DNA of 64,000 nucleotides, from positions 672,001 through 736,000 of the forward strand of contig JAXHLW010000013.1 of assembly GCA_034521815.1 (NCBI GenBank), given 5' to 3'. Shown here one piece after another: positions 1 through 8,177 of the stretch; within the stretch, counting starts at the first letter, position 1, and each line of letters begins with the position of its first letter. Under the pieces are notes generated by a model. It did not search any database. It was given only the letters and a program-made list of their open reading frames with translations, and was not told where the DNA came from. The position numbers and the translations under genes were made by a program. The stretch is from Trueperaceae bacterium (GTDB lineage: Bacteria > Deinococcota > Deinococci > Deinococcales > Trueperaceae).

Positions 1-466
1 CCAGGGCGCCCGTCGTCGTTCTCAACACGACCAGCGCGACCGGCAGCGACCAGCCGTAGAACACGGTATCGGCCGTCGTCGCCGCCACCGCCACGGACCA
101 CGCCGCGCCGTGGGGGATCCCCTGGCGCTGCAGCACCAGCGCTACCGCCGGCATGCCGCCGCTTCCGCCCGGCGTGACGGTGCTGGCGAACAGGCCCAGC
201 ACGTGCGCGCGCACGGCGTGACGGAGGTGGATGCGCTCCCCCGACCTCCGTACCAGCATCGCGAGTCTCGCACCCGCGAACAGGAACGACGCCAGGAAGA
301 AGCCGATGGCCAGCGCCAGCCAGGCGGGCCGAATCGCCCGAACGGCGCGCAGCTCGTCGGGACCGAGCCACCACACGACCAGAGCGAGGGCGCCTGCGCC
401 CAGAAGGAGCGAGAGCACCAGAGCGCGCAGCAAGCTGCGGGATGCGAGAGGGTTCAGGGTCGGCAT
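1..466 (-). CDS. Lysylphosphatidylglycerol synthase TM-domain / flippase-like membrane protein (UPF0104-like), truncated by window edge
   Basis: Not in ORF track; hand translation from ATG at 466 (GGAG RBS upstream): MPTLNPLASRSLLRALVLSLLLGAGALALVVWLGPDELRAVRAIRPAWLALAIGFFLASFLFAGARL...VLGLFASTVTPGGSGGMP; hydrophobic helices and the TPxxxGG motif typical of the family. Confidence 0.75.
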   Translation of the reverse strand, partial: MPTLNPLASRSLLRALVLSLLLGAGALALVVWWLGPDELRAVRAIRPAWLALAIGFFLASFLFAGARLAMLVRRSGERIHLRHAVRAHVLGLFASTVTPGGSGGMPAVALVLQRQGIPHGAAWSVAVAATTADTVFYGWSLPVALVVLRTTTGAL

Positions 467-558
467 CAGCGGATCTCCAGGCGGCGTGGCGTCGCGGCGT
501 GGCGTCGAAGCGGCAGTCTACCCGGCCGGGTCGCGCCGCCGAGGCGCCAGACGCGCGG

Positions 559-2757
559 TCAGCCGTGCTGAAGCCCGATCCGGTCGATCAGCCTCCCGAG
601 CCAACGCGGAATGCGCCAGTTCCAGTCGCCCAGCAGCACCACCGTCGACGGCACCAGCACCGAGCGCACCAGCGTCGCATCGAGCAGCACGGCCACCGTC
701 AGCCCCAACGCCAGCGTCTTGATCAACACCACGCTGCTGAACAGGAAGACCGAAAACACCACGACCATGATCAACGCGGCCGAGGTGATCACGCCCCCGG
801 TGGACGCCAGCGCGTCCCCCACCGCCTCCCGGTCGGATCGCCCCAGGCGGTGGCTCTCGGCCACCCGCGAGATCAGGAACACCTCGTAGTCCATCGACAA
901 GCCGAACACGACGGCGAAGATGAAGATCGGGACGCTGGTCTCGACGAAGCCCAGTCCCCCTGGCACGCCGAACAGGCCGCCCGCCCAGCCGTGCTGGAAC
1001 ACGAGCGTGATCACGCCGAACGCCGAGCCGACCGTGAGCGTGTTCAACACCAGCGACTTCAGCGGAATCGCCAACGACCGGAAGGCCAGACCGAGCAGGA
1101 CGAACGTCGAGACGAACACCAGCGCCATCGCCCACGGAAAGTTCCCGTACAACGTTCGCGTCCACTCCTGCCCGCCGACGCGCGCGCCGCCCACCACCGC
1201 CACCAGGCCCGCCTCCTGCGCCATCTGCTCCAGGGTCCGGCCCAACGAGCTCGACACCTCGGCGCCGGTCGGGAACGCCCGAATCAGGGCGTAGCGCCCA
1301 GCGGTCGAGACGGTGGCGCGCGCGACGTCGGCCAGCGGGCTCTCCATCGCGAGCTCGCGCGTGGCGTAGTACTGCTGGACGAACAGGCCGGGCAGCGTCC
1401 CGGCGGTGGTGGGCGCCAGCACGCGGTCCACGTCGTCCAGAGTCCGGATCTCGCGAGCGAAGCCGGACACCGCGCGAACCGAGCTGGGGTGGAAGAACCC
1501 GCGCTCGCCGAAGTCGAGCAGCACGTTGTACGGCTCGAGCAGCCCTGCCAAGCCCGCGTCGACCAGCAGCCGTTGCGCACGGCTGGTGTCGCTCGTGCCG
1601 GTGATCCCCTCCACGCCGGAGAAGCCGAACCGCATGGTCAGCGTCGCGGAGCTGATCAGCAGCAGGAACGTCGTGCCCGTGATCGTCCACAAGCGAGGTC
1701 GAGCGAGGACCCGCTCCGACCACGATCGCCAGAAGGTCGTGCTACGCGTCCCTGGAGCGCGGCGTCCGATCCGGCCGGCGTCGACGTTGGCGCCCAGGAG
1801 CACCAGCATCGCCGGAACCGCGGTCACGGCGACGGCCATGCCGACGGCGAGCACGATCATCGACGCGGCCCCCATCGTGCGCACGAAGCCCAAGGGCGGG
1901 ACCAGCAGGGCGGAGAGGGCCAGCAGGACCGTGCTACCGCTGAACAGCACCGACGCGCCTGCGGTCCTCAACGTGACGCGCAGCGCGGTCTCGGTGTCGG
2001 GGTCGTTGCGAAGCTCCTCGCGATAGCGATTGACGAGCAGCAGCGCGTAGTCGATGCCGATCGCGAGCCCCAGCATCGTGACGATGATCTGTGCGAACGC
2101 GGCGATCTGGACCAGCTGACCCAGCACGAACAGCAGGGCGAACGACACCGTGATCGACGTGACCGCCGCGATCAGCGGAAGCGACGCCGCCACCCAGGAG
2201 CCGAACACCACGACCAGGACCGCCAGGCTCAACGGCAACCCGATCAGCTCGGCACGGAACGCGTCGCGCTCGCTGGTGCGCTTGAGGTCCAGATCGACGA
2301 CCGACGCGCCGGTGACGTAGATGGGATCTCCGCTACGGTCCGCGACGGCGGCACGGACGGCGTCCACCGCGCTCGCGACCTGCCCGTCGTCGCCGTCGCG
2401 CACCTCGACGAGCGCGACGGACAGCTGCATGGCCAGCTCCTGCAGCAGCGGGTCGTTGCGGCCGTCCCGTACCGCGACGACCTGATCGAGGTCGGCGACG
2501 CGGTCCACGACGCCGCGGAACGCCGACGTCGGTGCCTCGGACACCAGAAGCAGCTCGGGCCGATCGTGGCTCGCGAACGCGTCGCCCAGCACCCGATCGA
2601 CGTGCTCGGCCGCGCCGCCCGGCGCGAACCCCGCGTCGGTGCTCAGCACGCTCGACAGCCTCGCGGCCGTCGGGGCGCCGACGGCAAGGATCAGCGTCCA
2701 CACCAGCAGGACGGCGCGAGGTCGGGCGAGGAGGAGGGAGGCGAGGCGATCGATCAT
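559..2757 (-). CDS. MMPL family (RND superfamily) lipid transporter
   Basis: 732 aa, two repeated membrane halves with GLAIGIDYALLLVNRYREE and FGLSMDYEVFLISRVAE (Asp-Tyr proton-relay pairs). Confidence 0.92.
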   Translation of the reverse strand: MIDRLASLLLARPRAVLLVWTLILAVGAPTAARLSSVLSTDAGFAPGGAAEHVDRVLGDAFASHDRPELLLVSEAPTSAFRGVVDRVADLDQVVAVRDGRNDPLLQELAMQLSVALVEVRDGDDGQVASAVDAVRAAVADRSGDPIYVTGASVVDLDLKRTSERDAFRAELIGLPLSLAVLVVVFGSWVAASLPLIAAVTSITVSFALLFVLGQLVQIAAFAQIIVTMLGLAIGIDYALLLVNRYREELRNDPDTETALRVTLRTAGASVLFSGSTVLLALSALLVPPLGFVRTMGAASMIVLAVGMAVAVTAVPAMLVLLGANVDAGRIGRRAPGTRSTTFWRSWSERVLARPRLWTITGTTFLLLISSATLTMRFGFSGVEGITGTSDTSRAQRLLVDAGLAGLLEPYNVLLDFGERGFFHPSSVRAVSGFAREIRTLDDVDRVLAPTTAGTLPGLFVQQYYATRELAMESPLADVARATVSTAGRYALIRAFPTGAEVSSSLGRTLEQMAQEAGLVAVVGGARVGGQEWTRTLYGNFPWAMALVFVSTFVLLGLAFRSLAIPLKSLVLNTLTVGSAFGVITLVFQHGWAGGLFGVPGGLGFVETSVPIFIFAVVFGLSMDYEVFLISRVAESHRLGRSDREAVGDALASTGGVITSAALIMVVVFSVFLFSSVVLIKTLALGLTVAVLLDATLVRSVLVPSTVVLLGDWNWRIPRWLGRLIDRIGLQHG

Positions 2758-2861
2758 GGCGGTAGCAACGTCAGTCCTCGGAGCGTACCAGAGGCGACGC
2801 TCTGCCGCGCTCGCACGAAACGCCGAGGCGCCGGAGCGCCATCACCACCGGAGCGCCATCG

Positions 2862-4034
2862 TCACCGCGGGGTCGCGGTCCGCGGCGACCACGGATCGAC
2901 GTCCAAGCCCAACGGTGCCGCCTGCGCCGTTCCGTCCGCGAGGGTCGTGAGGTGGACGCCCAGCCGCTCCGACATCCGCTGGAAGGCGGCCCTGACCGAG
3001 CCAGGCACGCCGGACGTGAACGAGGCCCCGAGCACGGCCGCCAGATCGTCCGGGTGCGGCAGGTAGCGACCCGTTCCGGACGCTTCGAGATAGGCGATGA
3101 CCGCGCGCTCGTTCAGGCCCGCGTACGAGGTCGCCACGAACGGTCGCCCGGCCGCCACCGCCTCGAGCGCCGAAGCGGGGCCCGCCTTGCCCACCACGAC
3201 GTCCACCGCCGCGAGCCGCAACGGCATGTCGTCCACGAAGCCGTGGACCGACACCGAGACGCCGGCACCGGGGTGGCCCGACAGTCGTTCACGGAGCGCC
3301 TCGTTACGTCCGGCCACGACCATCACCTGCCAGCCCGCCGCGACGAGCGCCTCGATCCACGCCTCGGGCCGGTCGGCGACCCCTTCGCCGCCCAGGCTGA
3401 GCAACGCCCAGCGTCCCGTGGTCAGGCCCAGTCGGCGACGCGCTTCCTCCTGGGGACGGGGGGTGAGGATCGCACCGGCCACCGGGTAGCCCATCAGGTC
3501 GATCCGCTCGGCGGGGACGCCCAGGCGGATCAGGTGCGTCCGGGCCGCAAGCGAAGGCGCCACGACCCGGTCCGGATCGGGCTCGGCCCAGAGCGCGTTG
3601 GCGTCGAACGGCTCGGTCGCGAAGGTGACGACGGTCCGACGCAAGCCGTAGCGCTGCCGAGCGCGGGCGTACGCCACCATCAGGAAGCCGTGGTTCACGA
3701 CGACGAGGTCCACGGGGCGCGCGTTCAGGTCGGCCGCCGCGCGGCGAGCCAGCTCGTCCAGCCAGCGAGCTTCCGCCGCATGGACCAGGGAGGGCGCCAT
3801 CTCCATCGCACGCTGCCCCGCACGCACCAGCCAGGGCACCCGCAACAGGCGCGACCACGTCCGCTTGTGCCGTCGGTCCTGGGCTCCTAGGTCCAGGGCC
3901 GCCATGGCGTCGCGGACCTCGCCTCGGACACGTCCTCGCGACACGCGCTCGACGGCGTCTCGCATGGCGCGCGCGGTGGCGACGTGCCCGCCGCCTGCGG
4001 CGATGGTGTCGAACAGGATGGTGCGGGACGTCAT
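2862..4034 (-). CDS. GT28 / MGDG-synthase-like glycosyltransferase (candidate ceramide glycosyltransferase)
   Basis: N-terminal GGGH motif, GFVDDMP and VVGKAGPASALEA C-terminal motifs; ATGA overlap with upstream gene. Confidence 0.85.
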   Translation of the reverse strand: MTSRTILFDTIAAGGGHVATARAMRDAVERVSRGRVRGEVRDAMAALDLGAQDRRHKRTWSRLLRVPWLVRAGQRAMEMAPSLVHAAEARWLDELARRAAADLNARPVDLVVVNHGFLMVAYARARQRYGLRRTVVTFATEPFDANALWAEPDPDRVVAPSLAARTHLIRLGVPAERIDLMGYPVAGAILTPRPQEEARRRLGLTTGRWALLSLGGEGVADRPEAWIEALVAAGWQVMVVAGRNEALRERLSGHPGAGVSVSVHGFVDDMPLRLAAVDVVVGKAGPASALEAVAAGRPFVATSYAGLNERAVIAYLEASGTGRYLPHPDDLAAVLGASFTSGVPGSVRAAFQRMSERLGVHLTTLADGTAQAAPLGLDVDPWSPRTATPR

Positions 4035-5053
4035 CGCGGCGACGCTCCCGCCGTCCCGAGCGGAGGCGCGCCTGTGCCGTCCAGGTCGCGCAGCGCTGCC
4101 TCGAGGGCGGCGCGACGCGTCCGCGTCGGACGGACGCCCAGCTCGCCGTAGGCGGCAGAGGCGTCCAGCACCACGTCGCTCCGCATCAGGCCGGCCCGGT
4201 AGCGGGTCAAGGGAGGCTCGCCGCGCAGCCGCAGCGAGGCCCAGGCCGACTCGAATGCCGGGGCGACCGCTTCGAGCGGCCCGCCCGGCAGCGCCAGGCG
4301 AGGCGGGGAGGCTCCCAGTAGCTCGGCGATCTCGCCGAACAGCTCGCGCCAGGTCGGTGCGCCAGGATCGGCCACCAGGTAGCTGCGACCGATCGCGACC
4401 GGGTCACGGGCGCAAACGACCAGCGCCGTCGCCAGCAACGCGGCGTCCACCGTCTGCAGCCGCGCCCGGCCCCCGTCCACGAGGGGCAGAACGCCCCGCC
4501 TGAGCGCCGTGGCCACGCGGGCGAGGTTCGGATCCCGCGTCCCGTACGGCCACAGCGCGGGCCGGACGACGACCGGCTCGGGGGCCGCGGCGCGCACCAC
4601 GTCCTCGGCCAGCGCCTTCGAGCGGCCGTAAGGGAGCACGTGCTGGTCGCGCGGCCGGGTGCGGGGGTCGTCGCCCGAGATGCCGCGGTAGCGCCAGACG
4701 GCGACGCTCGAGACCAGCACGACCCTGGCGACGCCGCTGCGCACGGCGGCTCGGGCCACGTTCGCGGTGCCTTGGACGTTCACGCGGTGGAACGCACGCC
4801 ACGGCCCGTGGTCGGCGACCCGGGCAGCGGCGTGGACGACCGCGTCGACGCCGTCGAACACGCCGTTCAGCGAGGCGGGGTCGGTGACGTCGGCGCGGAG
4901 CAGGCGGACCGCCGGGTCGTGCGCGTGCGCCGCGAGGCGGTCCGTTCGGCCCCACGGCGAGACCACGGCGACGACGTCCGCGCCGTCCAGCCTCGCGGCG
5001 TCGACGACGTGCGAGCCCAAGAAGCCGTGCGCGCCCGTGACCGCCAGCTTCAC
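4031..5053 (-). CDS. NAD(P)-dependent epimerase/dehydratase-family reductase (extended SDR; candidate ceramide reductase CerR-like)
   Basis: GTG start at 5053 overlapping upstream TGA; VTGAHGFLG Rossmann motif, HAAA, VNVQGT, YGRSK catalytic YxxxK. Confidence 0.85.
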   Translation of the reverse strand: MKLAVTGAHGFLGSHVVDAARLDGADVVAVVSPWGRTDRLAAHAHDPAVRLLRADVTDPASLNGVFDGVDAVVHAAARVADHGPWRAFHRVNVQGTANVARAAVRSGVARVVLVSSVAVWRYRGISGDDPRTRPRDQHVLPYGRSKALAEDVVRAAAPEPVVVRPALWPYGTRDPNLARVATALRRGVLPLVDGGRARLQTVDAALLATALVVCARDPVAIGRSYLVADPGAPTWRELFGEIAELLGASPPRLALPGGPLEAVAPAFESAWASLRLRGEPPLTRYRAGLMRSDVVLDASAAYGELGVRPTRTRRAALEAALRDLDGTGAPPLGTAGASPR

Positions 5054-5736
5054 GGCGCGCTCCGCAGCACCACCGCGAGGTCCAGCGTCAGTCCGATCAC
5101 GAGGTGCAGCGCGGCGGCCGGCCAGATCGAGCGGAACCGTAGCGTGAGCCAGCCGAACGCCAGGCTCGCGGGGAAGGCGGCGATCGTTTCGGTGAGCGGC
5201 TTTCCGACGTGGATCAGCGTCGCCAGCATCGCTTGCGCGACGTTGGCCGAGCGCGGCCCCAGACGGCCGACGAGGGCGTGCAGGACGGCTCCGCGGTAGA
5301 ACGCCTCGAACGCGAGGTAGTACGCCGCGTACCCCGCTGCCCAGAGCGTGAAGCGGCCGGGACGCCCGGCCAGCCAGTCGACGCCGACCCACGGATAGGT
5401 CGCCGCCAAGGCGGGGTCGTCCGCGATCCACCACAGCACCGGAATCGCCAGCAACGCCGCGCCGGCGGCCCACGCCAGCCCGCGACCGCTGCGGCCCCAC
5501 CCCAGCCCGATCTCGCTCAGCGTGCGACGCAGCAACGGTGCGGCGAGAAGCGACGCCGTCAGCAGCGTCGCGACCGACCAGGCGATCCACGCCGCCGCGG
5601 CGCCCGGCCCGCGCTGGGCGCCGGCCAGCACCACCGGACCGGGCGTGGCCAGGAACCAGAACGCCAGCTGCGCGGCGGTCGCCAGCGTCAGGAAGGCCGG
5701 CAGACGCCAGCCGGCCTCCGGCCGGAGCGACGCCAC
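5050..5736 (-). CDS. CPBP (CAAX protease-like/Abi) intramembrane protein
   Basis: Multiple TM helices; FEAFYRG, LIHVGKP..E, AAALH motifs. Confidence 0.82.
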   Translation of the reverse strand: MASLRPEAGWRLPAFLTLATAAQLAFWFLATPGPVVLAGAQRGPGAAAAWIAWSVATLLTASLLAAPLLRRTLSEIGLGWGRSGRGLAWAAGAALLAIPVLWWIADDPALAATYPWVGVDWLAGRPGRFTLWAAGYAAYYLAFEAFYRGAVLHALVGRLGPRSANVAQAMLATLIHVGKPLTETIAAFPASLAFGWLTLRFRSIWPAAALHLVIGLTLDLAVVLRSAP

Positions 5737-5737
5737 C

Positions 5738-6850
5738 TCACACGGCCTTCTGGTACAGCCGATACGTCTTGTAGATCTCGCCGCCCAGCGCGCGCAGGCC
5801 TTTCGCGATCGGCTCGTTGTCCTCGAGGATCCACGACAGCTCGGCCCGGTGGTAGCCCGCCGCGACCCCGCGGTTCCACACCTCGTCGATCAGGATCAGC
5901 TCCAGGCCGCGATTGCGGAAGCTGGGCAGGACGCCCAGGATCGCCAGGCGAATCTGATCGACGATCGCCTTGCGGCGCAGGAGCGGCACGATGCCGAACG
6001 GCACGATCCGACCGTCGAACTTCGCCAGCACCTGATTCAGGTCGGGCAGGCCCAGCGACACGCCGACGATCTCGTCGTCGATCTCGAGGAACAGCGCGAT
6101 ACGGGGGTCGATGATCAGCTTCAGCGTCTCGGCGAGGTGGGCGAACTCGGCGTCGGTGTACGGCACTTGCCCCCAGTTCCGTTCCCACGCCTCGGTGTAG
6201 ATCCGCTGAACGGTGTCCAGCTCGGCCTTCCAGTCGCTCATGCGGACCTCGCGCACCACCGCGCCGGTGCGTTCGCGAGCACGTTGGGCCAGACGCCCGA
6301 ACCGCTCGGGAATCCCCTTCTCCTCGTCCGCCATCCAGGCGTGGAGGTCCTTGATCTTCTCGAAGCCGTGCGCTTCGATCCACGCCCGGTACTCGGGCGG
6401 GTTCCACGGCATCATCACGAACGGGGGCTTGTCGAACGCGTCGATCTGCAGCCCCGAGCTGTCGTTCATCGACGGGTTCATCGGGCCGCGCACAGCGCGC
6501 TTTCCGAGCTCGGACGCGCGCTCGTCGACCACGTCGAGGAGCGCCTTGGCGACGTCCGCGTCGGCGGCGTCGAAGAACCCGAAGAACAGGAGATCGTCGT
6601 CGGGATGGAACGCGGCGTGACGGTCGTCGTCGATCACCGCGACACGGCCTACGACCCGGCCGCCTCGCTCCGCCAGCCAGGTCTCGACCCGTGCGTGCTC
6701 GAAGAACGGGTTGCGACGCGGATCGAGGGTCTCGAGCTCGGCCATGCGCAACGGCGCCACGAAGCCGGCGCGACCCCGGTGCAGGCGAACGGGCAGATCC
6801 ACGAAGCGCCCCAGGTCGCGGCGGGAGTCGGTCGGTCGAACGCGGATCAT
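5738..6850 (-). CDS. YghO-like double-GNAT N-acyltransferase; candidate bacterial ceramide synthase (bCerS)
   Basis: NPFFEHA, VVGRVA, FFGFFD, RGPMN, PWNPPEY, GFEKIKDL, NWG, LGVLPSFRNRG, ELSWILEDN motifs; GGAGG RBS; directly downstream of spt-like gene. Confidence 0.8.
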   Translation of the reverse strand: MIRVRPTDSRRDLGRFVDLPVRLHRGRAGFVAPLRMAELETLDPRRNPFFEHARVETWLAERGGRVVGRVAVIDDDRHAAFHPDDDLLFFGFFDAADADVAKALLDVVDERASELGKRAVRGPMNPSMNDSSGLQIDAFDKPPFVMMPWNPPEYRAWIEAHGFEKIKDLHAWMADEEKGIPERFGRLAQRARERTGAVVREVRMSDWKAELDTVQRIYTEAWERNWGQVPYTDAEFAHLAETLKLIIDPRIALFLEIDDEIVGVSLGLPDLNQVLAKFDGRIVPFGIVPLLRRKAIVDQIRLAILGVLPSFRNRGLELILIDEVWNRGVAAGYHRAELSWILEDNEPIAKGLRALGGEIYKTYRLYQKAV

Positions 6851-6920
6851 CGCTTCCTCCAGATGCCGTCGGCGCGCCCGAGCGAGTCGGGAGCGCCGCT
6901 TCGGGCCGTGCCGGTGCGGC

Positions 6921-8177
6921 TCAGATCACGCCCAACGACCGGCCCACACGGTCGAACGCGTCCAGCAGGAGGTTCAGCTGATCGGGCGTGTGGTTCGCGT
7001 TCACGCTGGTGCGGATGATCGACTGGCCCTTGGGCACGCCGGGCGGAATGGCCGGGGTCGTGAACACGCCGGCGTCCCAGAGGCCGCGCCAGAAGCGGAT
7101 CGTCTCGTCGTCGCCGCCGATCAGGACCGGCACGATCGGCGTGCGACTGCCGAGCGTGTCGAAGCCCAGGTCGTGCAGCCCGCCACGGAGCTGGCGGACG
7201 TTCCGCCACAGGGCCTCGCGCAGCTCGGGCTCGGACGACATGATCTCGAGCGCCTTCAGGGCCGCGGCCATCTGCATGGCGGGCAACGCGGCGGTGAACA
7301 TGAACGGGCGCGCGTGGTGCTTGACGTACTTCACCACGCTGGACGTTCCGGCCATGAACCCGCCCACCGAGCCGAACGACTTCGAGAAGGTGCCGATGAT
7401 CAGGTCGACTTCGCGCTCGAGGCCGAAGTGCTCGGCCGTGCCGCGGCCACCGGCGCCCAGCACACCGGTGGCGTGCGCGTCGTCGACGATCAGGCGCGCT
7501 CCGTAGCGCCGCGCGACCTCGACCAGCTCGGGCAGGGGAGCGATGTGACCGGTCATCGAGAAGACGCCGTCGGTGACGATCATCCGTCCTCCCGACCGCC
7601 CAACGTCGCGCTCCAGCAGGCGGGCCAGATCGTCCACGTCGGCGTGGTCGTACTTGCGCAGCGAGCCGTAGCTGAGCCGGGCCCCGTCGTACAGGCAGGC
7701 GTGGTTCTCGCGATCGAAGTACAGCACGTCGTGACGGCCGGTGAGGGCGGAGAGGACCGAGAGCGAGCCGAGGTAGCCGGCGCTGAACGTCAGCGCCGCC
7801 TCCTTGTTCAGGTACTCGGCCAAGCGCAGCTCCAAGGTCCGATGCAGCGTCAGCGTGCCGGTCAGGAACCGCGAGCCGGTACAGCTGGTGCCGAAGTGGG
7901 TCAGCGCGTCGCGGGCGGCTTGCTTCAGCCGCGGGTCCTGCGTCAAGCCGAGGTAGTCGTTCGACCCGGAGATCACCATCTCGCGGCCGTCCACCACGAC
8001 CGTTCCGCCGCGCTGCTCCTCGATCACCTTGAAGTAGGGGTGAACGCCGGCGGCCTCGGCCTGGTCGGCGCGCGTGAACGCCTCGGCTTTCGCGAACGCG
8101 TCTTGCGGGGGCCGTGAGGCGTCGATCTTCTCGGCCGCGCCGTACGGTGGCGGTCGGGTGTCGGGAGCGTCAGACAA
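6921..8177 (-). CDS. spt: PLP-dependent alpha-oxoamine synthase, serine palmitoyltransferase-like
   Basis: GVHPYF, GSNDYLGL, GTSCTGSRFLTGT, NHAC, DGVFSM, DDAH, GTFSKS (PLP lysine); TTG start at 8177 with GGAGG RBS and TAGCAT -10 box upstream. Family certain, substrate specificity inferred. Confidence 0.75.
   Translation of the reverse strand: MSDAPDTRPPPYGAAEKIDASRPPQDAFAKAEAFTRADQAEAAGVHPYFKVIEEQRGGTVVVDGREMVISGSNDYLGLTQDPRLKQAARDALTHFGTSCTGSRFLTGTLTLHRTLELRLAEYLNKEAALTFSAGYLGSLSVLSALTGRHDVLYFDRENHACLYDGARLSYGSLRKYDHADVDDLARLLERDVGRSGGRMIVTDGVFSMTGHIAPLPELVEVARRYGARLIVDDAHATGVLGAGGRGTAEHFGLEREVDLIIGTFSKSFGSVGGFMAGTSSVVKYVKHHARPFMFTAALPAMQMAAALKALEIMSSEPELREALWRNVRQLRGGLHDLGFDTLGSRTPIVPVLIGGDDETIRFWRGLWDAGVFTTPAIPPGVPKGQSIIRTSVNANHTPDQLNLLLDAFDRVGRSLGVI

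Noticed and set aside
6921-8177. Annotation as BioF or Kbl
   Set aside because: No bio or tdh genes nearby; the PYF N-terminus, GSRFLxGT and GTFSKS motifs and the lipid-gene context favour SPT. Not formally excluded without a phylogeny.
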